DNA from: Nitrosopumilus sp.
GTDB taxonomy: Archaea > Thermoproteota > Nitrososphaeria > Nitrososphaerales > Nitrosopumilaceae
Direction: 5' to 3'
DNA: 64,000 nt
Assembly: GCA_965203315.1 (NCBI GenBank)
Contig: OZ241857.1
Coordinates: 960,001-1,024,000 of the forward strand
Made by a program: the position numbers and the translations under genes. This document shows, one piece after another, positions 51,295 to 61,913 of the stretch. Under the pieces are notes generated by a model, which was not told the origin of the DNA, did no database searches, and saw only the letters and a program-made list of their open reading frames with translations. How positions within the stretch are numbered: the stretch's first letter is position 1; the number at the start of each line of letters is the position of its first letter.

Positions 51295-54200
51295 GTCTGA
51301 ATGAAACTTCTACTAAAACAAAGATTGAAACTATAATAAAAAAAGGAGTGGGGTGATGTTGGCTAGTCTGAATGAAACTTCTACTAAAACAAAGATTGAA
51401 ACTAACCACCACTCCTTTTTTTATTCACAAATATTAGTCTGAATGAAACTTCTACTAAAACAAAGATTGAAACACCAAGTGTCAATAGCGTGATAATAGC
51501 GTGTCAAAGTCTGAATGAAACTTCTACTAAAACAAAGATTGAAACATCGCTTGACCGTGTTTAGTACGTGCTTCCAAATTAGTCTGAATGAAACTTCTAC
51601 TAAAACAAAGATTGAAACTAACATACCACACCCAAACCACGACGCATACAAATGTCTGAATGAAACTTCTACTAAAACAAAGATTGAAACCCGCTTGTTT
51701 TCAGGAATCCACGTGTCGACATGTTAAGTCTGAATGAAACTTCTACTAAAACAAAGATTGAAACTTCTTTGCTTCATGAAATCGTTCTTTCCAATTGTCG
51801 TCTGAATGAAACTTCTACTAAAACAAAGATTGAAACCACGGTGTCTGACCGTGATAATATCCACACATTCTAGTCTGAATGAAACTTCTACTAAAACAAA
51901 GATTGAAACTGGTCATCAGCGTATATACAACTGTGTGGTGTTGGGTCTGAATGAAACTTCTACTAAAACAAAGATTGAAACTCCGATAGTGAGCGGTGTT
52001 TTCTATTGGAATGAAGTCTGAATGAAACTTCTACTAAAACAAAGATTGAAACCTCAACGTGATGTCTGGCTTGATTTGCTTTTGCCTGAGTCTGAATGAA
52101 ACTTCTACTAAAACAAAGATTGAAACCTGTTTGTAGTTGCGTAGCCTGTTTGATTTTTTGCGTCTGAATGAAACTTCTACTAAAACAAAGATTGAAACGT
52201 AAATGGATCACATGTTCTCTTTTTGCTTATGCAGTCTGAATGAAACTTCTACTAAAACAAAGATTGAAACAACAGGTGATGACAACACAGTACATCACCG
52301 TACTTGTCTGAATGAAACTTCTACTAAAACAAAGATTGAAACTGTAAAACATCTAGAGCGCGAGAACGAAGCGATGGTCTGAATGAAACTTCTACTAAAA
52401 CAAAGATTGAAACTCCTGTCGTAACGTCCACTCCTGAAGTCTTGAGCAGTCTGAATGAAACTTCTACTAAAACAAAGATTGAAACGACATCTCATGCTAT
52501 TTTCTCTAGAGACACTAGAGAGTCTGAATGAAACTTCTACTAAAACAAAGATTGAAACCATATTTTTATGCGTTATTTAAACGCAAAATAAAAGTCTGAA
52601 TGAAACTTCTACTAAAACAAAGATTGAAACTCATCTGATTCGTTTAATGCCCATAGGTATTTTTCGTCTGAATGAAACTTCTACTAAAACAAAGATTGAA
52701 ACATCACCTATTGATATAATGTAATATGTGATTTAGTCGTCTGAATGAAACTTCTACTAAAACAAAGATTGAAACCAATATCTGGGATATAATACGTATA
52801 TTAAGCTTCAGTCTGAATGAAACTTCTACTAAAACAAAGATTGAAACTCGATACGCCATAGCCCTCACTATTTGGCACCTCATGTCTGAATGAAACTTCT
52901 ACTAAAACAAAGATTGAAACATGCCCTCCCAGCGATAATCGTCCACATTGCGTTTGGAGTCTGAATGAAACTTCTACTAAAACAAAGATTGAAACTCTTG
53001 TGCCTTCTATCTGCCTCTTTAGCAGCTTGTGTCTGAATGAAACTTCTACTAAAACAAAGATTGAAACAGCGTACATGGGTATTTTTTGGGCTTTTTTTCT
53101 CTGTCTGAATGAAACTTCTACTAAAACAAAGATTGAAACTGAACTAAAAACTATACAGGTGTTGGTTTCGGTCAATAGTCTGAATGAAACTTCTACTAAA
53201 ACAAAGATTGAAACTCGGCGCAGTCTATTACGTCTTGGATTGCTTCCTCTGTCTGAATGAAACTTCTACTAAAACAAAGATTGAAACCGATAATTGAGGA
53301 ATAAAAAAAGAAAAGGGGTGATGTGTCTGAATGAAACTTCTACTAAAACAAAGATTGAAACAGTATTATCCTCCTTTTTTTTATCCAAAAATCGTAGTCT
53401 GAATGAAACTTCTACTAAAACAAAGATTGAAACTCATCAACGCTTTGATCATGTCGTCCAATGCTTGACCCGTCTGAATGAAACTTCTACTAAAACAAAG
53501 ATTGAAACCCCTCTTTTTCTCATGTTTGTTCATTTTTTCCAACTTCGTCTGAATGAAACTTCTACTAAAACAAAGATTGAAACACGCAAAATAAAATCTG
53601 AATATTGGGATCTGTACAGATCGTCTGAATGAAACTTCTACTAAAACAAAGATTGAAACATGATTTTTTCAAGGATAAATCCTTGTGGTGTCTGTGGTCT
53701 GAATGAAACTTCTACTAAAACAAAGATTGAAACAACGCATATATGCGTACCCATTTTACGATCACCCGTCTGAATGAAACTTCTACTAAAACAAAGATTG
53801 AAACTGGACAAGTACGGTAATTTTTTACATACATGGTTTGTCTGAATGAAACTTCTACTAAAACAAAGATTGAAACGGATAGATCGCAATTCAGACCCAC
53901 AAGGACTTCATAGTCTGAATGAAACTTCTACTAAAACAAAGATTGAAACTCGTAATATCTGTAATAATACATGAAGCATCTAGAACGTCTGAATGAAACT
54001 TCTACTAAAACAAAGATTGAAACTTTCGCGATCTGTTTCATTCGATCAGATCGCGCGATCGCGTCTGAATGAAACTTCTACTAAAACAAAGATTGAAACA
54101 GAGATCTGTTAAGAGATCTCAAAAGCCTAAAAAGGTCTGAATGAAACTTCTACTAAAACAAAGATTGAAACAGTCAAATATCGCATAAAAATATGCAAAA

Positions 54201-56339
54201 AAAAAAGGTCTGAATGAAACTTCTACTAAAACAAAGATTGAAACTTTTCTATTGCACTCTAATCAGCACCCAAGATGAGTCTGAATGAAACTTCTACTAA
54301 AACAAAGATTGAAACTTCTTCATCTTTACATAGGATTGCCAATGCCATTGAGTCTGAATGAAACTTCTACTAAAACAAAGATTGAAACTTGGTACGAGTA
54401 CGACGAGCGTGAAGCAACAAGAGGTCTGAATGAAACTTCTACTAAAACAAAGATTGAAACTTGCTATGCACTTCTAAACATGGCTGGATTGTGTGTCTGA
54501 ATGAAACTTCTACTAAAACAAAGATTGAAACTGTACCTGATATACCTCGTAGTATCGGGTCTCGGGTCTGAATGAAACTTCTACTAAAACAAAGATTGAA
54601 ACTTTGGAAGATCTGAGTAAGAAAGAGTACGGTGCAGTCTGAATGAAACTTCTACTAAAACAAAGATTGAAACCTTCTTTTTTTCATTGATCATTGTTTT
54701 GATGTATTCGTCTGAATGAAACTTCTACTAAAACAAAGATTGAAACAATCAAATATCGCATAAAAATATGCAAAAAAAAAAGAGTCTGAATGAAACTTCT
54801 ACTAAAACAAAGATTGAAACATTAAGCCTATTACGGCTTGATCTCTTTTTTCTTGTCTGAATGAAACTTCTACTAAAACAAAGATTGAAACTATCGTAGA
54901 TACAAACACAGACCTAGAAATCATACGTCTGAATGAAACTTCTACTAAAACAAAGATTGAAACTCATAATATAAGACTTTAGAATTTAAGCCAGAATTGT
55001 CTGAATGAAACTTCTACTAAAACAAAGATTGAAACTAGACACGTACTAGTTATATCCCTCCTTTTTTTATTTGTCTGAATGAAACTTCTACTAAAACAAA
55101 GATTGAAACTGTATATGCCTGATAAATCAATATCAGTCAGGTATAGTCTGAATGAAACTTCTACTAAAACAAAGATTGAAACTTTAGAAGAGCTCTCTTC
55201 TAAACAGTACGGTGCACCTAGTCTGAATGAAACTTCTACTAAAACAAAGATTGAAACCTGATCTGATTCCAGATCATCATCATGTTCTATAGTCTGAATG
55301 AAACTTCTACTAAAACAAAGATTGAAACATGTACAGGTGGGCGGTGGCGTTGGTGATCTTGGCGTGTCTGAATGAAACTTCTACTAAAACAAAGATTGAA
55401 ACGCTCAGGCATCAATGAAGCAACAAATCGTTAACTGTCTGAATGAAACTTCTACTAAAACAAAGATTGAAACATTTTAGATGCTGCGCCAGTTGCGAGT
55501 TGGATTCCGTCTGAATGAAACTTCTACTAAAACAAAGATTGAAACTGTGCCTTCATCGTTTTTCTGTGGGCTGATATCTGTCTGAATGAAACTTCTACTA
55601 AAACAAAGATTGAAACCTGTTTCTGGCATAGTCCATACTTTGTATGTGATTTGTCTGAATGAAACTTCTACTAAAACAAAGATTGAAACCACAATTAACA
55701 AAATACAGAGTGCGTGGTAATAATAGTCTGAATGAAACTTCTACTAAAACAAAGATTGAAACAAACAATTGGAGGTTAAACCATGATAGACGATGAGGTC
55801 TGAATGAAACTTCTACTAAAACAAAGATTGAAACCCAAACAGCACCGTGCAAGAATCACACATGTAGCGGTCTGAATGAAACTTCTACTAAAACAAAGAT
55901 TGAAACTCTGGGATATTAGACGTATTATTAAATCTATCAGGGTCTGAATGAAACTTCTACTAAAACAAAGATTGAAACATGTCTGGTATATTGCTTCGGT
56001 TTGGGTGGTTTTGGTCTGAATGAAACTTCTACTAAAACAAAGATTGAAACATCGTACTTCATCATCGTCGGTGTCAATATCGTGTGTCTGAATGAAACTT
56101 CTACTAAAACAAAGATTGAAACACCCACCACCACTCCTTTTTTCAATATTCTTTCTGGGTCTGAATGAAACTTCTACTAAAACAAAGATTGAAACTTATC
56201 GCACTTCCTATGAACGCTGCCGGTACGTTATGTCTGAATGAAACTTCTACTAAAACAAAGATTGAAACGGAACACAGATGCGTATAAAATATGCCAAATC
56301 TGGTCTGAATGAAACTTCTACTAAAACAAAGATTGAAAT
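51295..56339 (+). CRISPR. CRISPR array: 70 repeats of 37 bp (GTCTGAATGAAACTTCTACTAAAACAAAGATTGAAAC) and 69 spacers of 34-39 bp
   Basis: Repeats counted by hand; 3' ATTGAAAC handle; the last repeat ends GAAAT. Confidence 0.98.
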
Positions 56340-56693
56340 CTTCAGTGGAGTCGCAATTTTTTAATTGCTGAAATAATCGTGTAGATAATTCTAAGACAAT
56401 AAAGATTTAGTTCAAAAACAGATCTAATTTTATATAATTTTGTACAGTGTGCCTGTTAGTTAAAATTGTGAGCACAAAATACACAATTGTCAGTACTAAT
56501 TATGCGCACGATGTTTGATGTATGGAAAACATTAATACTTATTAGACAATATGCGTCATAGTGACGATTTACGCACAATTTAAAACAACAAACAATATTT
56601 CTAAATATAACAATCAAACAAACTACGCAATTGCTAACCAACATGAAATTAAATTCTCAATACGCATTACCAGTACTTCCAACTGTCTGCTTA

Positions 56694-57538
56694 TTAACAA
56701 GCTGCAGCAGCAATCTTTGGCGGAGGCCATTTTTCTCGATAGAGTTCAATGTAATCTAGCACAAGATCTCTGAACGTAAGTTGAGGAATGTGCCACCAAC
56801 CAACATTCAATGGATCATTTTCATCATCTATGTTACGTGCTATGATCCAAGCATTATAAAACAAAAGAGAAAAAGAAAACAACAAATCTCTTACTGATTC
56901 ATTTTTAGTTGTAGTTGGTAATCTCATCTTATCGACTACCCTATATCCAGTTTCAATAACCCATCGCTTTGCGTATTTTTTTGTATCAATTCTTGGATTG
57001 TTTGTTGCGAATGGAATGTAGTCTATTTTACCATCCTTTTCAATTTCTTCTATGATCATGTAATAGTCCATTGACAAGCCTTTGCCATTAGAGATCGTAC
57101 GTTTTGATACTCGTTTACGTTTTCCTTGTTTGTACTCTTCTAGATATCGCCTTGTCTTGGCGTTATTTTGACAGATGGTGAGAAATGTGTAACCTCGACC
57201 TTGCAGCAGCTGCAAGATCTGTGTAGTAAGAAACTCACGATCCATCAACCAGTTACCAATGTCCAGACGCAGATCTTCACAATCTTTGATGATTTTACGC
57301 ACAAAATTGGGGTTTTGGTCTCCTTTGTACATGGCATGTTTTGACACAACTAGTGTTTCGCCTTCGTTTATGACTTGTGCTGTCATGTACTTTTCATGTA
57401 ATGCATATCTGTCGTCAACCGGACCATAGCATAGTTTAGTATCTGTTTTGTCATCATATCGTGCATATTTGTGCAGATCAATTGCTATATCTTTTGGCTC
57501 TTTAGACCAACGACCCATATCTTGTAATGCTGCGATGT
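56694..57538 (-). pseudogene. 5'-truncated ISH3/IS4-like transposase
   Basis: IAIDLH, LMDREF and RWVIETGYR form a DDE triad. The frame stays open up to the IS6-like TIR at 57539, so the N-terminus is missing. Confidence 0.8.
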
Positions 57539-59042
57539 GGATCTTTTCGATTTACGTTGGATGGATTTTTTTTTACAGACACATCATTGCAAGACTTTAT
57601 GGAATTATTGAAACGAAATATTCAAACTTTGTATTAAAATGTCAATTAAAAAAACACTTGTTATTTAATTCTGTTAGAATTTACTAGACAAATTTAAAAT
57701 TATACAGAGTTTTCACTGCGTTCAGTATTAATGTGCGCCATTTATTTGCTCCTTTTATGATAATTCCAGCTCTGTCGGCTGGTGTGTCACTGTTTAAACC
57801 CATATGTGGTCTAATGTAATTGTAATGTATTCTAATTCCACGAATAAGAAAAGCATTTTTGAAGCCTTTGATTTTTTGTTCAACATGTCTAAACTTTCCA
57901 TTAAAACTCTCCATCTCATTGTTGTGTACATGATCACCTGCCATGTGAATTTCTCTAATGTGAATAGATGACTTGCCTGATTTTGCTTTTGCAAATATCT
58001 TCTTAAACGATGCTTCATAACAAGCTGCGCCATCAGTTATCAGCACAGATGGTGTTTTTTGTGCAATCTTTTCTGCTTCTTTAAATAATTTATTGACTTG
58101 TGCTTTATTTTTCTTCTTGCCAACTTGACTGCCCAGCCAAAACCTTGTTTTACGATCCAGCATCGCAAAGAGATAATGCAGTTTGCCATTGATCTCGAAC
58201 CACACTTCATCAGCATGATATATCTCACCAATTTGAGGTGCGAGTGTTGAAATGTACTCATCCATCAATTTGACGTATCTTACAGTCCAGTCGTGAATGG
58301 TGGTACACCCAACTTTGACACCTTTCTTTGCCAAAAATTGTACGACTTCACTCAAGCTAGATCCTGTAAGATGTAAATGTATTGCATCAGTTACATGCTC
58401 TGGTGACGCGGCTAGTCCCTCAAATCCTACATTTCCAGAAAACGATACCTCGCATATCTTGCAGTAATATTTTTGATTATCATAATTTTTGTTAGGTCTG
58501 ATGCCATTTTTTACAGTCTCTAGTGTGCCACAATGTTTACAACAAATCTTGCCATCATTTAGTGACTCTAGCGTAGTTTCTTTTGTTTTTGTCCCAACCT
58601 CCACTACGATATCAACCATTTTGACATGTTTGCATCTCTTTTTTCCAAACTTGTAGCCTTTACAAGTGCAAAACCAATTTCCTGGTTCACCCATAACATC
58701 GTATGTTTCATCTCCTGTTTGAATCTTGACTTTGTAGTGGTTATCTTGTACTTTTTTGACACACTTGCACATTTCCAAATATTCTTTTGTAGCATCAGAC
58801 ATGCAGATTTGCTCTAGATTTTGCTTCACATGTGTAGTAGAAATATACTAGTATATACCACTTTTTTTAAAAAAAGTTAATTTTTTAGTTAAAAAAATTT
58901 TATTCATTTAAAGTTTTCTATCATATACTAAATTACAAATAGAAATCTAGTAAATATGACGCAATCGCTTTATTTTTGAAGTGTTGGGTAGTTTTAGGAA
59001 AAAGTCGTCTAAAAAACCATCCAACGTAAATCGAAAACATCC
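57539..59042 (-). mobile_element. IS6-like insertion sequence, 1504 bp
   Basis: 26-bp TIRs GGATCTTTTCGATTTACGTTGGATGG / CCATCCAACGTAAATCGAAAACATCC (one mismatch); no target duplication. Confidence 0.9.
57684..58829 (-). CDS. IS6-family DDE transposase with N-terminal SWIM zinc finger and zinc ribbon
   Basis: CTC...CKH (SWIM), CKHC...CKIC, ADEV, TDG, NEMESF and HYNYIRPH. Confidence 0.9.
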   Translation of the reverse strand: MKQNLEQICMSDATKEYLEMCKCVKKVQDNHYKVKIQTGDETYDVMGEPGNWFCTCKGYKFGKKRCKHVKMVDIVVEVGTKTKETTLESLNDGKICCKHCGTLETVKNGIRPNKNYDNQKYYCKICEVSFSGNVGFEGLAASPEHVTDAIHLHLTGSSLSEVVQFLAKKGVKVGCTTIHDWTVRYVKLMDEYISTLAPQIGEIYHADEVWFEINGKLHYLFAMLDRKTRFWLGSQVGKKKNKAQVNKLFKEAEKIAQKTPSVLITDGAACYEASFKKIFAKAKSGKSSIHIREIHMAGDHVHNNEMESFNGKFRHVEQKIKGFKNAFLIRGIRIHYNYIRPHMGLNSDTPADRAGIIIKGANKWRTLILNAVKTLYNFKFV

Positions 59043-59300
59043 TACACCAAGACCAATAGGTGTGACCGCTCCTGCCCAAAAACCGAATTCAAACACCAAC
59101 GAGATATTTCCAAGTGAAGAGTTGCCATCAACAGCTTGTGCTGCAAGCATAGTTCCGACCATTGCTAGTGGCAAACTCTTTCCTGCAACTATCAATCTCT
59201 TGCCGCTGTGTCGAACCAGTCTTCCAGCAAGGACACCCACCACGAGTGTGATTACAATGAATACAGTTATTGCAATTCCGAAACCATCAAACTCAACCAA
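59043..59300 (-). pseudogene. 3'-truncated sodium:solute symporter
   Basis: IVAGKSLP...AAQAVDGNSSLG matches an SSS N-terminus; the frame runs into the IS TIR after about 86 codons. Confidence 0.82.
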
Positions 59301-59476
59301 CGGTTATTAGGGAGTAAAAAATTATATAACTTTTAAAAAAACCAAGTATAATACGTTTTACTAATAGAAATTGATTCGTATAATACATTTATGAAATTTT
59401 TCTGTTATCTTTTTACTATTATTGTGAGATAATGGTGATCAAAGTCTTATTTACTAAAAGAACTACAACACATACA

Positions 59477-59641
59477 ATGGATAAACAGTTTGCGTTTGCT
59501 GTATTGCTGATAATAATCGGTGTTGCGTTGAGTCAGTCCGGAACATCAGACTCTTTTTACATAGGTCTAGGATACGGAATTGTCGTGATGGGTTCTTTTT
59601 GGATAGTTTTAAGAATAATTCATGAGATAAGAGCACACTGA
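59477..59641 (+). CDS. Small two-TM membrane protein
   Basis: MDKQFAFAVLLIIIGVAL...IGLGYGIVVMGSFWIV. Confidence 0.55.
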   Translation: MDKQFAFAVLLIIIGVALSQSGTSDSFYIGLGYGIVVMGSFWIVLRIIHEIRAH

Positions 59642-59675
59642 AAAATAATATAAGCAATAATGATATTCACTTTGT

Positions 59676-60188
59676 ATGCCTGGAAAAGGGTATTCAACGG
59701 TTGGACTGAAACCAGTGATAATCCAGAAACTCCAAGATATTACAGACAAGAACTATCCTGGGATGTTTCTCCCATCCACACTGATAATAATGATGAATGA
59801 AGTAAAGAAAGGCTACTATTCAGTTGATCCACAAAAGATTCGATTGGATCTCTCTGGTAGATACAATACCATCACTATTCGCTCAGATGTGAAAGAATGG
59901 TTAGAGACTAATCACGAGAGTTTAGGCACGGAATATGAACAGAGATACAGAGTAAAATGCTTTACAAAGTTTGTATCCTACTTTATCATAAACATGATAG
60001 AGTCAAAGCTAAATACTCAAAACCACGTCATAAACATCAAGGAATCTGACTTTGCTTGGCTACATGAAGAGTACCAAAAACAGAAACAAAAGACTTTACC
60101 GACGCCTAGCTTTGAACGATTTGCAGACGTGTACATCAATGATCTCTTTGGTAGAATCAAAGAAGCGAAAAAGATACTAACCATATAA
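59676..60188 (+). CDS. Conserved hypothetical protein
   Basis: 170-aa ORF beginning MPGKGYSTVGLK. Confidence 0.75.
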   Translation: MPGKGYSTVGLKPVIIQKLQDITDKNYPGMFLPSTLIIMMNEVKKGYYSVDPQKIRLDLSGRYNTITIRSDVKEWLETNHESLGTEYEQRYRVKCFTKFVSYFIINMIESKLNTQNHVINIKESDFAWLHEEYQKQKQKTLPTPSFERFADVYINDLFGRIKEAKKILTI

Positions 60189-60251
60189 GATCACATATCG
60201 GAATCTAATAGATCACATCTCTAGTGTACATACTATACAATATTAAAAAAA

Positions 60252-60503
60252 TTAGAGTGGAGTCATTGTGTCAATTAGACGTGCATTAGTGACTTGACCA
60301 TCTCTCTCTTGTATCTCAAGATCTACAGTATATTTTAGATCATTGAGCATAAAGTTCACTTGAATGTCCCATGCTTGACGCGGTCCTTTTTCAGGTATTT
60401 GAAATGTCTCATTGATCTTAAAGTCAGCTACGTCTCCGTACAATGCATTGACAACTCGTTTTGACTCACGTTCTATATCTTCAGGAGTACTGACTTGCAT
60501 CAC
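60252..60503 (-). CDS. Small hypothetical protein (PepSY-like topology)
   Basis: A helix followed by beta strands (AWDIQV...YTVDLE...GQV). Confidence 0.7.
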   Translation of the reverse strand: MMQVSTPEDIERESKRVVNALYGDVADFKINETFQIPEKGPRQAWDIQVNFMLNDLKYTVDLEIQERDGQVTNARLIDTMTPL

Positions 60504-60533
60504 ATATTATACATTATACAAATATAAAAATAT

Positions 60534-61793
60534 TCAAAATAGTCCTAGTCGTTTTAATAACGGCACTTTATTTTGTTGTTCCATATCTGCAATGATCTTG
60601 TTGCGATAATATTCTGCAGTTTGATTGTCAGGATCAATTGCTAGTGCACGGTTATACCACTCTAGTGCTGCATCTAGTCGCTTTTGCGCAAATAATAATC
60701 GCCCCTTATAGCTTAACGCATAAACATATTTTGGATTGATCTCTATGGCCATATCACAGTATCGAAGCGCTACATCATACTGCTTCATGTGTTCAAGAAG
60801 CCAAACCATAGTACATATAGCCTTTACATTCTTGGGATCAATATCTAATGCGCGTTGAATATGAAACATCGCTGCCCCGCGTTCTTTCAGCGAGAATAGT
60901 GCAGTTGCTTTGCTGTACAATGCACGTACATTATCTGGATCATATTCCAATATACGTTCAAAACAATCTACAGCTTTTTGGTACATTCCTGTTCGATCAT
61001 ATACAAGTCCTTTATGAAGCAGTGCTTTTGTACAGTGCGGATCTATCTCTAACGCTTTGTCATAAAACTCAAAGATCTCTTTGTTTGAGAATCCAGCATA
61101 ATCCAACGTCCAACCTTTGGCAACAAGTGCATCTGTATTTCGATGATCTGCATCTATTGCACGAGTATAGAGTTCGATGGCAGTTTGGTGTCTACCCAAA
61201 CTAGCTAGATCCCTACCCTGTTCAAACAATACACGAGATCGTTGACTATCTTGTTCTGCCGCTTGCTCAAACAACAGTATTGCTTCATCTTGTCTACCTA
61301 TCCTTCCAAGTATCAATCCCTTTTGATACAATGCAAAAGACAGTGTAGGATCTATCGATAATGCACGGTCTACCATCAACAACGCTGTATCATTATCATC
61401 TAGATCACTATAACAAGACGAGATTACGACCATAGCATCTACATGATCTGAATCTAGCTTTAATGAATCTCCAAGGACGGTGATCGCTTCTAGATATCTT
61501 TCGTCTTTATGTAAAGAACAACCTTTATGATATAATGCATAGTGGTTATCTACATCTATCTTTAAAATCGCATCAAAACATAATATTGCGTCTTTGTACT
61601 TTGACATCTTGTATAACGTTACTCCTTTATGCATCAATGCTTTGATATTCTGTGGTTCTTTTGCAAGAACTTTGTTAAATGTAGATACTGCTTTCTTGTA
61701 TTGATTATACATTTGATACTCGATTCCTTGGTCGATGTAATGTGAGATATCATGCATTGGAATAATTAGGAATTCGTCATTATTATAGTTCAA
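60534..61793 (-). CDS. Tetratricopeptide-repeat protein
   Basis: About 11 TPR units (ALxxKG...AL.IDP). Confidence 0.93.
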   Translation of the reverse strand: MNYNNDEFLIIPMHDISHYIDQGIEYQMYNQYKKAVSTFNKVLAKEPQNIKALMHKGVTLYKMSKYKDAILCFDAILKIDVDNHYALYHKGCSLHKDERYLEAITVLGDSLKLDSDHVDAMVVISSCYSDLDDNDTALLMVDRALSIDPTLSFALYQKGLILGRIGRQDEAILLFEQAAEQDSQRSRVLFEQGRDLASLGRHQTAIELYTRAIDADHRNTDALVAKGWTLDYAGFSNKEIFEFYDKALEIDPHCTKALLHKGLVYDRTGMYQKAVDCFERILEYDPDNVRALYSKATALFSLKERGAAMFHIQRALDIDPKNVKAICTMVWLLEHMKQYDVALRYCDMAIEINPKYVYALSYKGRLLFAQKRLDAALEWYNRALAIDPDNQTAEYYRNKIIADMEQQNKVPLLKRLGLF

Positions 61794-61913
61794 ACGTATA
61801 TTACATAATTTTTCATCTTAAATTAACGATTTACTCGTAAAACTTTGACAATTTTTTCGTAATTTACTTGGAATCTTTAATTAGATCATATGTGTAATTA
61901 TATTTGATTCAAT

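Noticed and set aside
53215-54854. Similarity between spacers at 53215 and 54821 (AG.CTATTACG.CTTG), and between 51474 and 56051
   Set aside because: Only 13-14 matching bases with unrelated flanks, which could be chance.
52559-55941. PAM inference from overlapping spacers
   Set aside because: The implied upstream triplets disagree (TTG, TAA, ATA) because the overlapping spacers come from variant targets.
51421-56146. Many 60-124 aa ORFs with repeated LNETSTKTKIET / VSIFVLVEVSFR
   Set aside because: These are translations of the CRISPR repeat, not genes.
51332-56302. Self-targeting spacers
   Set aside because: No convincing match to the rest of this window by eye; the rest of the genome cannot be checked.
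56340-56693. Scattered TACGCA/TGCG motifs and a possible CAGTA IS end after the array
   Set aside because: Too short and irregular to define a repeat or a firm element boundary.
58947-59042. C-terminal tail of the 117-aa ORF
   Set aside because: Read-through into the IS terminal repeat; not part of the transporter.
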